The translations under genes and the position numbers were made by a program. From an uncultured Planctomycetia bacterium (GTDB lineage Bacteria; Omnitrophota; Gorgyraeia; 2-02-FULL-51-18), in contig CAZXLF010000001.1 of assembly GCA_964642015.1 (NCBI GenBank), positions 116,846 through 180,845 of the forward strand: DNA of 64,000 bases, written 5' to 3'. A model generated the notes under the pieces. The model did no database searches, was not told the origin of the DNA, and saw only the letters and a program-made list of their open reading frames with translations. Positions 28,369 through 39,253 of the stretch are shown here, one piece after another (the stretch's first letter is position 1; the number at the start of each line of letters is the position of its first letter).

Positions 28369-31300
28369 ATGAACGGAATGCCTAAAAAACAAGGACTTTA
28401 CGACCCAGCGTTTGAGAAAGACAGCTGCGGAGTAGGTTTTGTCGTCAATATTAAAGGTAAGCAGTCGCACGAGATCATCAAGCAGGCGCTGACAATCCTC
28501 GTAAATCTGCGCCATCGCGGAGCTTGCGGTTGCGAAGCCAATACCGGAGACGGCGCGGGCATTTTGTTTCAAGTCCCTCATGATTTCTTGAAGGAAGTGT
28601 GCCTAAAAGAAAAAATCAAGCTGCCTGAACAGCTAAACTACGGCGTTGGCATGATCTATCTTCCAAAAGATTCCAAGCAGCGTGAAGCTTGCGAGAAAAT
28701 GTTTGAAAAGATCGTCCATGAAGAGGGGCAGACGTTCTTAGGATGGCGTACCGTTCCGACGGATAATTCTTCACTGGGTCCCACCGCGAAAAACTCTGAA
28801 CCTTTTGTGCGCCAAGTGTTTATCGGCCGTAATCCAAAGATAAAAGATGATCTGTCTTTCGAGCGAAAGCTTTATGTGATACGCCGCCGTGCTGAGAATG
28901 CGATTCGCTATTCAAAAATAGGCGGAGGGAATTATTTTTACGTTTCAAGCCTTTCTTCCAGGACCATTATTTATAAAGGAATGTTGATGTCCGAGCAGGT
29001 CGAGGCTTTTTTCCCCGATCTCCTTCATCCGGCTTTAAAAAGTGCTCTGGCGCTTGTTCATTCGCGTTTCAGCACAAATACTTTTCCTAATTGGGAACGC
29101 GCTCATCCGAATCGATACATGGCACACAACGGCGAGATCAACACGCTTCGCGGCAATGTGAACTGGATGCATGCACGCCAGGCGATGTGCAAGTCGGATC
29201 TTTTCGGAGATGATATCAAAAAATTGTTGCCGATCATCTGCGAAGACGGCAGCGATTCGGCGATGTTCGACAATTGCCTTGAATTCCTCGTGTTGGCCGG
29301 CCGTTCGCTGCCTCATGCGGTGATGATGATGATCCCTGAACCATGGTCAAACCATGAAAGCATGAGCGATCAGAAAAAAGCTTTTTACGAATATCACAGT
29401 TCCTTGATGGAACCGTGGGATGGTCCTGCCTCCATTGCATTTACGGACGGTATCCAGATCGGTGCGGTGCTTGACCGCAACGGCCTAAGACCTTCGCGTT
29501 ATTATGTGACGAAAGATGATCTGGTGATCATGGCATCTGAAGTGGGGGTGCTGGATGTTTCTCCAGAGCAAGTGCTTCAGAAAGGCCGCCTACAGCCGGG
29601 AAGAATGTTCTTGGTTGACACCAAAGAGGGCAGGATCGTTGACGACGAAGAGATCAAAAAGAAGATCTCATCCGAGCATCCTTATCGTCAATGGTTAAGT
29701 GATAATTTAGTGAGTTTGGAAAATTTACCCGAAGCGCCTCATGTGCACGATCCGGATCATGCGACGGTACTTTTGCGTCAGCAGGCCTTTGGTTATACGT
29801 TTGAAGATCTGAGGATCTTAATGGCACCGATGGGTCAGCTTGGTGTTGAACCGGTAGGTTCGATGGGCACCGATACGCCGCTCGCGGTTTTATCGAATAA
29901 GCCCCAGCTTCTTTATAATTATTTCAAACAGCTTTTTGCCCAGGTGACCAATCCGCCGATCGATTGTATTCGCGAGGAGATCGTTACTTCTACCGAAACA
30001 ACCATCGGTCCTGAGAAAAATTTATTGTTGCCCGAGCCTGAAAGCTGCCGTCAGATCAAATTAAAGAGCCCGATCCTGACGAACGAAGAATTTGAAAAGC
30101 TTCGCCACATCAAAAGCCGCGATTTTAAATCGATTACGCTGCCGATCCTTTATAAAGTTTCCGACGGCAAAAAAGCGCTCGAATCGGCTCTCGAAGAGCT
30201 TTATAAAAAAGCAAGCCACGCTATTAAAGACGGTGTGAATCTTCTCGTGATATCTGATCGGGGAGTCGATCATGATCACGCGGCCATTCCCGCACTTCTG
30301 GCGGTCTCGGGTCTGCATCATCATTTGATCCGTGAAGGAACAAGGACAAAAGTAGGTTTGGTGCTTGAATCGGGAGAACCACGCGAAGTGCATCATTTTG
30401 CGTTATTGATCGGTTACGGCGTTGGCGCGATCAATCCGTATCTTGCTTTTGAGACGCTGGATGATCTGATACGTCAGGGCATTTTAAAAAATATCGATCA
30501 TAAAACAGCCGTGAAAAATTATGCGAAGGCGGTTGCCAAAGGCGTTGTAAAGACGATGTCGAAGATGGGTATTTCGACGATCCAAAGCTATCGCGGCGCT
30601 CAAATTTTCGAGGCGGTGGGTTTGAACCACGAAGTCGTGGATAAATATTTTACGTGGACACCATCGCGCATTGAAGGTGTCGGCCTTGACGGGCTTGCAG
30701 AGGAAGTGCTTAAACGTCACCGTCACGCGTTTCCTGACAGGCAGATGAACGGCTTGGCGCTTGATCCGGGCGGCCAATATCAATGGCGACGCGATGGAGA
30801 GTATCATCTGTTCAATCCGGAGACGATCCACAAACTTCAGCTTTCCACGCGCACAAAGAACTATAAGGTTTTCAAAGAATATTCATCGGCCGTTGATAAT
30901 CACTCGACAAGTTATTGTACGCTTCGAGGTTTGTTAGATTTTAAATTTGCACCTACTCCGATCTCTTTGGAAGAAGTCGAGCCCGCTTCGGAGATTGTCA
31001 AACGTTTTAAAACAGGCGCCATGTCGTATGGTTCTATCAGCAAAGAAGCGCACGAGAGCCTTGCTGTTGCGATGAACCGCATCGGAGGCAAGAGCAACAC
31101 AGGCGAAGGCGGTGAAGATCCTGCGCGTTATGTTCCGGAACCTAACGGAGATTCGAAGAACAGCGCGATCAAACAAGTCGCTTCAGGGAGATTTGGCGTG
31201 ACGAGCCATTATTTGGTGATGGCCAAAGAATTGCAGATCAAAATGGCCCAAGGCGCTAAACCAGGTGAAGGGGGGCAATTACCCGGCGCGAAAGTGTATC

Positions 31301-32961
31301 CTTGGATAGCGAAAGTACGTCTATCAACACCAGGTGTAGGTCTTATTTCTCCGCCACCTCATCATGATATTTATTCTATCGAAGATCTTGCTGAGTTGAT
31401 TCATGATCTGAAAAATTCAAATCACAAAGCCAGGATTAGCGTAAAACTCGTCGCGGAAGTCGGTGTAGGCACAATTGCAGCGGGCGTCGCAAAAGCACAC
31501 GCGGATGTCGTGTTGATCAGCGGTCATGATGGCGGAACAGGCGCTTCACCACTTTCCAGCATTAAACACGCCGGCGCTCCATGGGAATTGGGATTGGCTG
31601 AGACGCATCAGACGCTTGTGCTGAATAATCTGAGGAGCCGTATCGCTGTTGAGACAGACGGACAATTGAAGACAGGGCGTGATGTGGTGGTTGCAGCGCT
31701 TTTGGGTGCCGAAGAATTTGGTTTTGCGACTGCGCCGCTTGTGACATTGGGATGCATTATGATGCGCGTTTGCCATTTAAATACTTGTCCCGTTGGTGTT
31801 GCGACGCAGGACCCTGAGCTCCGCAAAAAATTCACCGGAGATCCCGCTTATACAGTGAACTTCATGTATTTTATTGCCGAGGAAGTGCGGGAATTTATGG
31901 CCAAACTTGGCTTTCGCACTGTGAACGAAATGATCGGGAGGACGGATAAACTGGACGCGACGAAAGCTGTCGATCATTGGAAAGCCAAAGGCATTGATCT
32001 GTCTAAAATTTTGCATCAACCCGAAGTCGATCCGAAAGTGGGACGGTATTGTCAGATCTCTCAGGATCACGGATTGGATCAGGCGTTGGATAATACGACG
32101 CTGCTTAAACTTTGCGAACCGGCCCTATCCCAGAAAAAACCGGTCAAAGCATCACTTCCAATCAAAAATACAAATCGAGTCGTCGGAACCATTCTGGGAA
32201 GCGAAGTCAGCCGGCGATATGGTTCTGAAGGCTTGCCTGACGGAACGATCCATTTGAAATTCAATGGTTCCGCCGGTCAGAGCTTTGGCGCATTTGTTCC
32301 GCGCGGTATCACGCTTGAACTTGAAGGCGATGCGAATGATTATGTCGGGAAAGGTTTATCCGGCGGAAGAATTATTGTATATCCTGATAAAAAAGCGACC
32401 TTTAAGCCTGAGGAGAATATTATTATAGGAAATGTTGCGTTTTATGGCGCCACCTCAGGTGAGGCATTTATATCCGGGGTGGCAGGCGAGAGATTTTGTG
32501 TGAGAAATAGCGGTGTTAACGCCGTCGTCGAAGCTGTCGGTGATCACGGTTGCGAATATATGACAGGCGGAAATGTGATCGTTTTAGGTCCGACCGGAAG
32601 GAATTTTGCGGCAGGAATGTCCGGCGGCCTGGCTTTTGTGCTGGACGCGGCGGGAAATTTTGCGAACCATTGCAATAAGCAGATGGTCGATCTTGAAACT
32701 CTAAACAAACCCGAAGAGATAGAAATGGTCCGCAACATGATCGACCGGCACGTCAAATTGACCGGCAGCAGGCGCGCGAAACTTGTAATGGACCTGTGGA
32801 ATGAAATGCTTCCTAAATTTGTTAAGGTCATTCCAAAAGATTATAAGCGTGTGCTTCAGTCGCTTGAGCGTGTGAAAAGTTCAGGACTCAGCGGTGAAGA
32901 GGCGATCATGGCTGCATTTGAAGAAAATGCGCGCGATCTGTCACGAATAGGTGGAAATTAA
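28369..32961 (+). CDS. gltB: Glutamate synthase large subunit
   Basis: [52 protein letters not shown] and GXGXG domain. Confidence 0.98.
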   Translation: MNGMPKKQGLYDPAFEKDSCGVGFVVNIKGKQSHEIIKQALTILVNLRHRGACGCEANTGDGAGILFQVPHDFLKEVCLKEKIKLPEQLNYGVGMIYLPKDSKQREACEKMFEKIVHEEGQTFLGWRTVPTDNSSLGPTAKNSEPFVRQVFIGRNPKIKDDLSFERKLYVIRRRAENAIRYSKIGGGNYFYVSSLSSRTIIYKGMLMSEQVEAFFPDLLHPALKSALALVHSRFSTNTFPNWERAHPNRYMAHNGEINTLRGNVNWMHARQAMCKSDLFGDDIKKLLPIICEDGSDSAMFDNCLEFLVLAGRSLPHAVMMMIPEPWSNHESMSDQKKAFYEYHSSLMEPWDGPASIAFTDGIQIGAVLDRNGLRPSRYYVTKDDLVIMASEVGVLDVSPEQVLQKGRLQPGRMFLVDTKEGRIVDDEEIKKKISSEHPYRQWLSDNLVSLENLPEAPHVHDPDHATVLLRQQAFGYTFEDLRILMAPMGQLGVEPVGSMGTDTPLAVLSNKPQLLYNYFKQLFAQVTNPPIDCIREEIVTSTETTIGPEKNLLLPEPESCRQIKLKSPILTNEEFEKLRHIKSRDFKSITLPILYKVSDGKKALESALEELYKKASHAIKDGVNLLVISDRGVDHDHAAIPALLAVSGLHHHLIREGTRTKVGLVLESGEPREVHHFALLIGYGVGAINPYLAFETLDDLIRQGILKNIDHKTAVKNYAKAVAKGVVKTMSKMGISTIQSYRGAQIFEAVGLNHEVVDKYFTWTPSRIEGVGLDGLAEEVLKRHRHAFPDRQMNGLALDPGGQYQWRRDGEYHLFNPETIHKLQLSTRTKNYKVFKEYSSAVDNHSTSYCTLRGLLDFKFAPTPISLEEVEPASEIVKRFKTGAMSYGSISKEAHESLAVAMNRIGGKSNTGEGGEDPARYVPEPNGDSKNSAIKQVASGRFGVTSHYLVMAKELQIKMAQGAKPGEGGQLPGAKVYPWIAKVRLSTPGVGLISPPPHHDIYSIEDLAELIHDLKNSNHKARISVKLVAEVGVGTIAAGVAKAHADVVLISGHDGGTGASPLSSIKHAGAPWELGLAETHQTLVLNNLRSRIAVETDGQLKTGRDVVVAALLGAEEFGFATAPLVTLGCIMMRVCHLNTCPVGVATQDPELRKKFTGDPAYTVNFMYFIAEEVREFMAKLGFRTVNEMIGRTDKLDATKAVDHWKAKGIDLSKILHQPEVDPKVGRYCQISQDHGLDQALDNTTLLKLCEPALSQKKPVKASLPIKNTNRVVGTILGSEVSRRYGSEGLPDGTIHLKFNGSAGQSFGAFVPRGITLELEGDANDYVGKGLSGGRIIVYPDKKATFKPEENIIIGNVAFYGATSGEAFISGVAGERFCVRNSGVNAVVEAVGDHGCEYMTGGNVIVLGPTGRNFAAGMSGGLAFVLDAAGNFANHCNKQMVDLETLNKPEEIEMVRNMIDRHVKLTGSRRAKLVMDLWNEMLPKFVKVIPKDYKRVLQSLERVKSSGLSGEEAIMAAFEENARDLSRIGGN

Positions 32962-32969
32962 ATCGACCC

Positions 32970-34454
32970 ATGGGCAAACCTACCGGTTTCAAAGAAATAG
33001 CACGCGAACTTCCCAAAGATATCACCCCGACCGACCGCATCCGTAATTGGAGTGAGTTCCATACGCATATGCCTGAAGAAAAACTTCAGGCGCAAGGCGC
33101 GCGATGCATGGATTGCGGTATTCCGTTTTGCCACACCGGAACACTTTTAGCCGGTATGGCTTCCGGATGCCCGATCAACAATCTGATCCCCGAGTGGAAT
33201 GATCTTGTTTACCGCGGGCTTTGGCGTGAAGCGCTGGACCGCCTGCACAAGACGAATAATTTTCCTGAATTTACCGGCCGTGTTTGTCCGGCCCCCTGTG
33301 AGGGTTCCTGTGTTTTGGGTATCAATGAACCGCCGGTGACGATCAAAAATATAGAATATTCGATCATTGAAAAGGGATTTGACGAAGGGTGGGTGACGCC
33401 GCAAGCCCCATCGAAACGCACGAATAAAAAAGTCGCGATCGTTGGTTCTGGACCGGCGGGTCTTGCCGCTGCGTCCCAACTAAATCGTGCCGGGCATTGG
33501 GTGACCGTATTTGAACGCGCTGACCGCATCGGTGGCCTTCTGATGTACGGCATTCCCAACATGAAGCTGGATAAAAAGATCGTGCAGCGGCGTGTGGATT
33601 TGATGACTAAGGAAGGCGTGAAGTTTGTTGTGAACACCGAAGTCGGAAAGAATTATCCGGCTGAAAAACTTTTGAAAGAATTTGACGGGGTCGTTCTTTG
33701 CGGAGGCGCAACGAAGCCGCGCGATCTTCCGATCGAAGGACGCAACTTGAAGGGGATCCATTTTGCGATGGAATTTCTTCACAACAATACCAAGAGCTTG
33801 CTGGACAACAAATGGGGAGAGAGCTTTATTTCAGCCGAGAGCAAAGATGTCATTGTGATCGGCGGAGGTGATACCGGAACGGACTGTGTGGGAACGTCGA
33901 TGAGGCATCGATGCAAGAGCTTGATCCAGCTTGAGATCCTTCCGAAGCCTCCGCTTGAGCGTGCGTCCGATAATCCTTGGCCCCAATGGCCTAAGGTTTA
34001 TAAATTGGATTACGGTCAGGAAGAAGTCGCGGAAAAATTCGGCGATGATCCCAGAAAGTATCTTGTAACAGCGAAAAAATTCATCGGCGATGAAAATGGG
34101 CGCGTCAAACAGATCCAGATCGTGAATATTGAATGGCAGAAGGACGACAAAGGGCGCTTTATTCCCAAAGAGATCGCGGGAACTGAGAAGCTGTTACCGG
34201 TGCAGCTTGTGCTTTTGGCGATGGGTTTTCTGGGTCCCGAAGAGACCGTATTAAAAGGTCTGGGTATCGAGCAGGATGAGCGCTCGAACGCGAAGGCGGA
34301 ATATGGAAAATACGCGACGAACATCAAAGGGGTGTTCGCGGCGGGCGATATGCGGCGTGGCCAAAGTCTTGTGGTGTGGGCGATCAACGAGGGACGCGGC
34401 GCTGCGCGCGCAATGGATCAGTATTTGATGGGAACGAGCGATCTGCCGGGTTGA
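32970..34454 (+). CDS. gltD: Glutamate synthase small subunit
   Basis: [23 protein letters not shown] and [16 protein letters not shown]. Confidence 0.97.
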   Translation: MGKPTGFKEIARELPKDITPTDRIRNWSEFHTHMPEEKLQAQGARCMDCGIPFCHTGTLLAGMASGCPINNLIPEWNDLVYRGLWREALDRLHKTNNFPEFTGRVCPAPCEGSCVLGINEPPVTIKNIEYSIIEKGFDEGWVTPQAPSKRTNKKVAIVGSGPAGLAAASQLNRAGHWVTVFERADRIGGLLMYGIPNMKLDKKIVQRRVDLMTKEGVKFVVNTEVGKNYPAEKLLKEFDGVVLCGGATKPRDLPIEGRNLKGIHFAMEFLHNNTKSLLDNKWGESFISAESKDVIVIGGGDTGTDCVGTSMRHRCKSLIQLEILPKPPLERASDNPWPQWPKVYKLDYGQEEVAEKFGDDPRKYLVTAKKFIGDENGRVKQIQIVNIEWQKDDKGRFIPKEIAGTEKLLPVQLVLLAMGFLGPEETVLKGLGIEQDERSNAKAEYGKYATNIKGVFAAGDMRRGQSLVVWAINEGRGAARAMDQYLMGTSDLPG

Positions 34455-34503
34455 CAGCTCGATAAATTCTTGATAATCTAACGGCTAATTTAAGGAGAGA
34501 ATC

Positions 34504-34737
34504 ATGGCAAATAAGGAAAATAAATACGGCGATAATGTGGCAGGCGCTTTTTACGTTGATACACAGTGTATCGATTGCGATCTTTGCCGCCAGACAGCGC
34601 CCAACAATTTTGATAGAAACCAGAGCGGTGGATACTCATTCGTGAAAAAGCAGCCGACGACCCCCGAAGAAGAGGCGCTTTGCAAAGAAGCGAAAGAGGG
34701 TTGCCCAGTCGAAGCGATAGGTAACGACGGTCCGTAA
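34504..34737 (+). CDS. Single-cluster ferredoxin
   Basis: FYVDTQCIDCDLCRQTAP...CPVEAIG; AAGGAG SD. Confidence 0.9.
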   Translation: MANKENKYGDNVAGAFYVDTQCIDCDLCRQTAPNNFDRNQSGGYSFVKKQPTTPEEEALCKEAKEGCPVEAIGNDGP

Positions 34738-34764
34738 TTTCGATATTAAAGTAAAGCATTCCTT

Positions 34765-34798
34765 GTAGGGGCAATTCACCGATTGCCCCTACTTTTTT
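34765..34798 (+). terminator. GTAG-type REP-like hairpin followed by T run (likely terminator)
   Basis: GTAGGGGCAAT-TCACCG-ATTGCCCCTAC-TTTTTT. Confidence 0.7.
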
Positions 34799-34814
34799 AT
34801 GTTAGGATAATGTC

Positions 34815-35762
34815 ATGAGCGAAATATCTAATGTCATCATCATAGGATCAGGCCCGGCAGGTTTTACAGCGGCTGTCTATGCGGCACGCGCAAATCTGAA
34901 ACCGCTTTTGTTCGAAGGTCTTGTGAAAGGCGGTCAACCCGGCGGCCAATTGATGCTCACGACTGATGTGGAAAATTATCCAGGGTTTCCGCAGGGGATC
35001 CTGGGTCCGGAGTTGATGGAGCTTTTCAGGAAGCAGGCCGCGAGATTCGGTACGACGCTGATCCAGCAGGATGTGACCAGCGTTGATCTCTCTAAAAGAC
35101 CCTTCAAAGTAACTTCAGACGGCAAAGATTATTTCGGAAACAGCGTGATCATTTCTACCGGCGCTTCGGCCAATTGGCTCAATATCCCTTCAGAAAAAGC
35201 GCTGCAGGGTTATGGCGTTTCAGCCTGCGCGACCTGCGACGGATTCTTCTTCAAAGGCAAAGAAGTTCTTGTGGTTGGAGGAGGCGATTCAGCGGTGGAG
35301 GAGGCAACGTTCCTGACAAAATTCGCAACAAAAGTGACCATCATCCATCGTCGCGACGCGCTCCGAGCATCAAAGATCATGCAGGACCGCGCCCGGAGTA
35401 ATCCGAAGATCGATTTCATTTGGGATTCGGCGATCGAAGAGATCAAGGATCCGGCTCAAAAAAAAGTCACGGGCGTTGTGCTAAAAAATTTGAGGACCGG
35501 TCAGAAAAGCGAGAAAAAATGCGACGGTGTTTTTATGGCAATCGGCCATACACCAAACTCCGAAGTTTTTAAAGGTCAGATCGAGCTTGACGCAAAAGGT
35601 TATATCAAGGTTCATGACGGCAGTCTCACCAGCGTGTCGGGTGTTTTTGCCTGCGGAGATGTGCAAGATTTCAAATACCGGCAGGCGATTACGGCGGCGG
35701 GATCGGGCTGCATGGCTGCGCTTGACGCCGAAAGGTTCTTAGAAGCGGAGCATCACGCTTGA
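34815..35762 (+). CDS. trxB: Thioredoxin reductase
   Basis: GSGPAG, GVSACATCDGFF, GGGDSA and YRQAITAAG. Confidence 0.97.
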   Translation: MSEISNVIIIGSGPAGFTAAVYAARANLKPLLFEGLVKGGQPGGQLMLTTDVENYPGFPQGILGPELMELFRKQAARFGTTLIQQDVTSVDLSKRPFKVTSDGKDYFGNSVIISTGASANWLNIPSEKALQGYGVSACATCDGFFFKGKEVLVVGGGDSAVEEATFLTKFATKVTIIHRRDALRASKIMQDRARSNPKIDFIWDSAIEEIKDPAQKKVTGVVLKNLRTGQKSEKKCDGVFMAIGHTPNSEVFKGQIELDAKGYIKVHDGSLTSVSGVFACGDVQDFKYRQAITAAGSGCMAALDAERFLEAEHHA

Positions 35763-37162
35763 AATTTCCTTTTCCGTTCAAAAAGAAAAAAGATCCGCTT
35801 CCCAAAAATTTTCTGCCTAAGATCAGAACCAAGGCGGTTCCCGGTCCGCAATCCGTTAAGCTTACCGAATCGCTTAAACGCTTTGAATGCCCCCAGATTA
35901 CTTTCGCGAATGAGAATTTTCCCGTTTTCTTGAAAAAGGCATCCGGTTGCAATATGACCGACGTGGACGGCAATCGGTATCTGGACCTCTCAAGTGCTTT
36001 TTCAGTAGTTAATATCGGTCATGGTTCGCCTGCCGTTCTAAAAGTCATGAGGGAGCAGGCGAAATTAATGATGCATGGCATGGGCGATGTGCATCCAAAC
36101 GAAGTAAAAGTTCTTTTGGCCAAACGTCTTTCAGAGATCACGCCGGGGAATTTAAATCAGACGATTTTTTCATCCACAGGTGCTGAAGCCGTCGAATCGG
36201 CCTTGAAGACGGCTGTCATGCATACTAAAAAAACCGGCGTCATCGCTTTTACCGGTGCTTATCACGGATTGTTGTACGGAACGCTCAGCGTGACGCACCG
36301 GGAAGATTTTAAAAAGCCGTTCCAAAAACAGTTGGGGACGTTCAGTTATCATGCGCCGTTCCCGGATATGCGTGTTTACGAAGGCAAGGCCTCGGAAGTT
36401 TCCATGAAAGCCGTGCAATCGATCGTAAAAAAGTCCAGGCGTTCCAAGCATCCTGTCGGTGCGGTTCTTATTGAGCCGATTCAAGGCAGAGGAGGGATCG
36501 TCGCGGCGCCTCAAGAATTTTTAAAAAGTCTCCGAGCATTTTGTGATCAGGAAAAGATCCTGTTGATTGCTGACGAGGTATTTACGGGTTTCGGAAGGAC
36601 CGGCTCTCTGTTTGCGATCGAAAAAAGCGGTGTTGTGCCGGATATTATGTGTATGGGCAAGGGCATGGCAAATGGATTTCCGATATCCGCTTGTATTGGA
36701 ACCACTCGCGTGATGTATTCTTGGGGAACTTGCTCAGGAGACGCGATCCATACGAGCACCTTTTTGGGAAATCCGCTTGGATGCGCGATCGCATTAGCCG
36801 TGATCAAAGAGATCGAGGATAAAAAATTCGTAGAGCGTTCTAAGAATCTTGGAGAACTTTTCCGCAAGGAGCTGTGGAAGCTCAAGGAAAAATATCCGGT
36901 GATCGGCGATATTCGCGGCTCAGGCCTCATGATCGGCATTGAATTCATGGAATCGCAGACCTATAAAGCCAAGCAGAATCACATTGTTCCCGCAACTTCA
37001 AAAGCGCGGGCATTTTTTGTCGAGTCATTGAAACACGGCATTATCTTATTGCCGTCAGGCCCGTACCACAATGTGATTTCGATCATTCCTCCGTTCGTGA
37101 TTTCTGAAAAAGAGATCCATTTCGCTGTGAAGACCTTTGATAAAATCCTAAGTAAAATTTAG
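35759..37162 (+). CDS. Class III (omega) aminotransferase
   Basis: DVDGNRYLD, EPIQGRGG, LIADEVFTGFGRTG, PDIMCMGKG and HTSTFLGNP; TTGA overlap with trxB. Confidence 0.92.
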   Translation: MKFPFPFKKKKDPLPKNFLPKIRTKAVPGPQSVKLTESLKRFECPQITFANENFPVFLKKASGCNMTDVDGNRYLDLSSAFSVVNIGHGSPAVLKVMREQAKLMMHGMGDVHPNEVKVLLAKRLSEITPGNLNQTIFSSTGAEAVESALKTAVMHTKKTGVIAFTGAYHGLLYGTLSVTHREDFKKPFQKQLGTFSYHAPFPDMRVYEGKASEVSMKAVQSIVKKSRRSKHPVGAVLIEPIQGRGGIVAAPQEFLKSLRAFCDQEKILLIADEVFTGFGRTGSLFAIEKSGVVPDIMCMGKGMANGFPISACIGTTRVMYSWGTCSGDAIHTSTFLGNPLGCAIALAVIKEIEDKKFVERSKNLGELFRKELWKLKEKYPVIGDIRGSGLMIGIEFMESQTYKAKQNHIVPATSKARAFFVESLKHGIILLPSGPYHNVISIIPPFVISEKEIHFAVKTFDKILSKI

Positions 37163-37221
37163 TTAACGATATCAATTTGATCACTAGGCGATATTTTAAG
37201 GTATATAATAGTTCTTCGTAA

Positions 37222-37270
37222 ACGGCAGTCTTAACAAGCAGGAGCCGCCTTCCGAGCAGAGGGCGGTTTT
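37222..37270 (+). promoter_or_regulatory. Terminator/SD-sequestering hairpin upstream of the hydrolase gene
   Basis: GCCGCCTTC-CGAGCA-GAGGGCGGT-TTT ends 5 nt before ATG 37276; TATAAT at 37204. Confidence 0.5.
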
Positions 37271-37275
37271 GTGAT

Positions 37276-38142
37276 ATGACAAAACTTTCAAATTCAACGG
37301 GTGTATTGTTGATCCACGGCATGACAGGCGCGCCTCTTGAAATGCGTCCATTGGCAAGAAAACTGCAAAAGCAGGGCTATAAAGTACGCGTGCCGTTGTT
37401 GGCCGGGCATGGCGGGGGAAATGATGAACTTTTGGCTTCGACCTGGCAGGACTGGCTTCAGGGCCTCAAGCGGCATTTGAGGTATTTAAAATCCAAACAT
37501 GAACATGTATTTATTGCCGGGTTATCGGTCGGAGCATTACTCGGCATTCTTTTGGCCGCCGAAGAGAGTGTCGATGGGCTTATAATTCTCTCGGTGGATT
37601 TGGGTTATCCGGGTAAAAGCCAGCCGTTGACCCGCCATCTTCTGCCGCTTGTTTATAAAATACCTTTCTTGCGTCGTCATAGTTATTGGACCGAGAAACC
37701 ACCGTATGGCTTGAAGGACAAGCGTTTGCAGCGAAAGATCACCGAAGCGATCGAAGCTTCTAAAAAGAGAGCGACTAAATCGTACGGTCTTTTCAGGACT
37801 TATGTCGAATCCCTTTATCAAGCCGAATTGCTGAAAAAAGAAGTGAGAAAGAAAGCCTCGAATGTCCAATGTCCCTCATTGATCATTCATAGCATGGAAG
37901 ACACAATGTTCAGTGTTAAAAATGCCACGGCTGCTTACGAAATATTGGGTTCGCGTGAAAAAAAGATATCACTGATCTCCGGTGGAGATCATGTGATCAC
38001 GGTGGATCTTTGCAAAAATGAAGTCGCCAAACAAGTCGGCGAATTCATCTCTCATCTTACTCCGCAACCGCAGCGATTCATTTCAATCATGGATCCCGCC
38101 GCGGCAGAAACACCCGAAAGACCGGCCACTTTTTCCGGTTAA
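37276..38142 (+). CDS. Alpha/beta hydrolase (esterase/thioesterase type)
   Basis: LLIHGMTG, GLSVG nucleophile elbow, HSMEDT and GDHVIT give a Ser-Asp-His triad. Confidence 0.88.
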   Translation: MTKLSNSTGVLLIHGMTGAPLEMRPLARKLQKQGYKVRVPLLAGHGGGNDELLASTWQDWLQGLKRHLRYLKSKHEHVFIAGLSVGALLGILLAAEESVDGLIILSVDLGYPGKSQPLTRHLLPLVYKIPFLRRHSYWTEKPPYGLKDKRLQRKITEAIEASKKRATKSYGLFRTYVESLYQAELLKKEVRKKASNVQCPSLIIHSMEDTMFSVKNATAAYEILGSREKKISLISGGDHVITVDLCKNEVAKQVGEFISHLTPQPQRFISIMDPAAAETPERPATFSG

Positions 38143-38148
38143 CGAACA

Positions 38149-39246
38149 GTGCCATCCGATGCCGGAACAAAAAAACTGGACTGCGAGATCTTGGAATTCA
38201 TCAGAAAATACTCTTTTAAGGATGCGCCTGATGATTTGTTCGGATCGTTAGCGATAAAGATCTTTGAGTATCAATACGAAAAAAATTTGAATTACCGGAA
38301 ATTTTGTTCACTGCAAGGCAAAAAGCCCGGATACCTGGAACACTGGAAAGATATTCCGGCGATCCCCACAGCGGGTTTTAAAGAACTTGCGCTGACGAGT
38401 TTCCCGTTAAAGAATGCGATCAAAACATTCAAAACAAGCGGCACGACGCAGGCGGGCCGGGGTGTGCATTTTTTTGACACCTTGAGACTTTATGAGTCAT
38501 CGATCGTCCCGTCATTTAAGGCGTTCATGATACCGGATTCTGCAGACCTCTCATTTCATTTTCTTGTTGCATCTCCGAAAGACTCACCGGAATCATCCCT
38601 CTCACATATGATGGGTGTCGTTGACCGGGTTTTTGCCAAACGGCGCGGCAAATTCTATGTTCAAAAAGATCAAATGAATTGTGACGCCTTGATGCGGAAT
38701 TTGATCTCTGAAAAAAAGAAAGTGTTCATTCTTGCGACGGCGTTCTCGTTGAAAATTTTTTTGGACCATCTGAAACGTCAGAAAGTCCGCGTCAAATTGC
38801 CTCGCGGAAGCCGACTCATGGAAACCGGCGGTTTTAAGGGAAAAGTCAAAGAAGTTTCCAAAGAACGGCTTTACGGCGAATGCGGAAAAATGCTTGGGAT
38901 CGATCGGTATCATTGCGTCAGCGAATATGGAATGACGGAACTTTCCAGCCAATGCTACGATACGACGCTCGTGGATAAATTATCGGGGATCAAAAGAAAA
39001 CCATTCAAGAAAGGACCTGCGTGGCTGAGGACTTTGGTGATCGATCCAAAAACAGGCAAAGAAACTAAAAAGGGGAATATCGGTATTCTCAGTCATTTTG
39101 ACCTTGCTAACCGCGGTTCGGTACTGGCCATTCAAACCGAAGATTTAGGTAGAAAAGTGGGAGATGGCTTTGAACTTTTGGGCCGCGCTTCCGGAGCTGA
39201 GCTTCGCGGATGCTCGCTGAGCTATGAGGAATTCCTTAATTCTTAA
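38149..39246 (+). CDS. LuxE-family acyl-protein synthetase
   Basis: IPAIPTAGFK, FKTSGTT, METGGFKG, SEYGMTELSSQ, IQTEDLG and ELLGRASGAELRGCSL (acyl-Cys). Confidence 0.88.
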   Translation: MPSDAGTKKLDCEILEFIRKYSFKDAPDDLFGSLAIKIFEYQYEKNLNYRKFCSLQGKKPGYLEHWKDIPAIPTAGFKELALTSFPLKNAIKTFKTSGTTQAGRGVHFFDTLRLYESSIVPSFKAFMIPDSADLSFHFLVASPKDSPESSLSHMMGVVDRVFAKRRGKFYVQKDQMNCDALMRNLISEKKKVFILATAFSLKIFLDHLKRQKVRVKLPRGSRLMETGGFKGKVKEVSKERLYGECGKMLGIDRYHCVSEYGMTELSSQCYDTTLVDKLSGIKRKPFKKGPAWLRTLVIDPKTGKETKKGNIGILSHFDLANRGSVLAIQTEDLGRKVGDGFELLGRASGAELRGCSLSYEEFLNS

Positions 39247-39253
39247 GGTTTAA

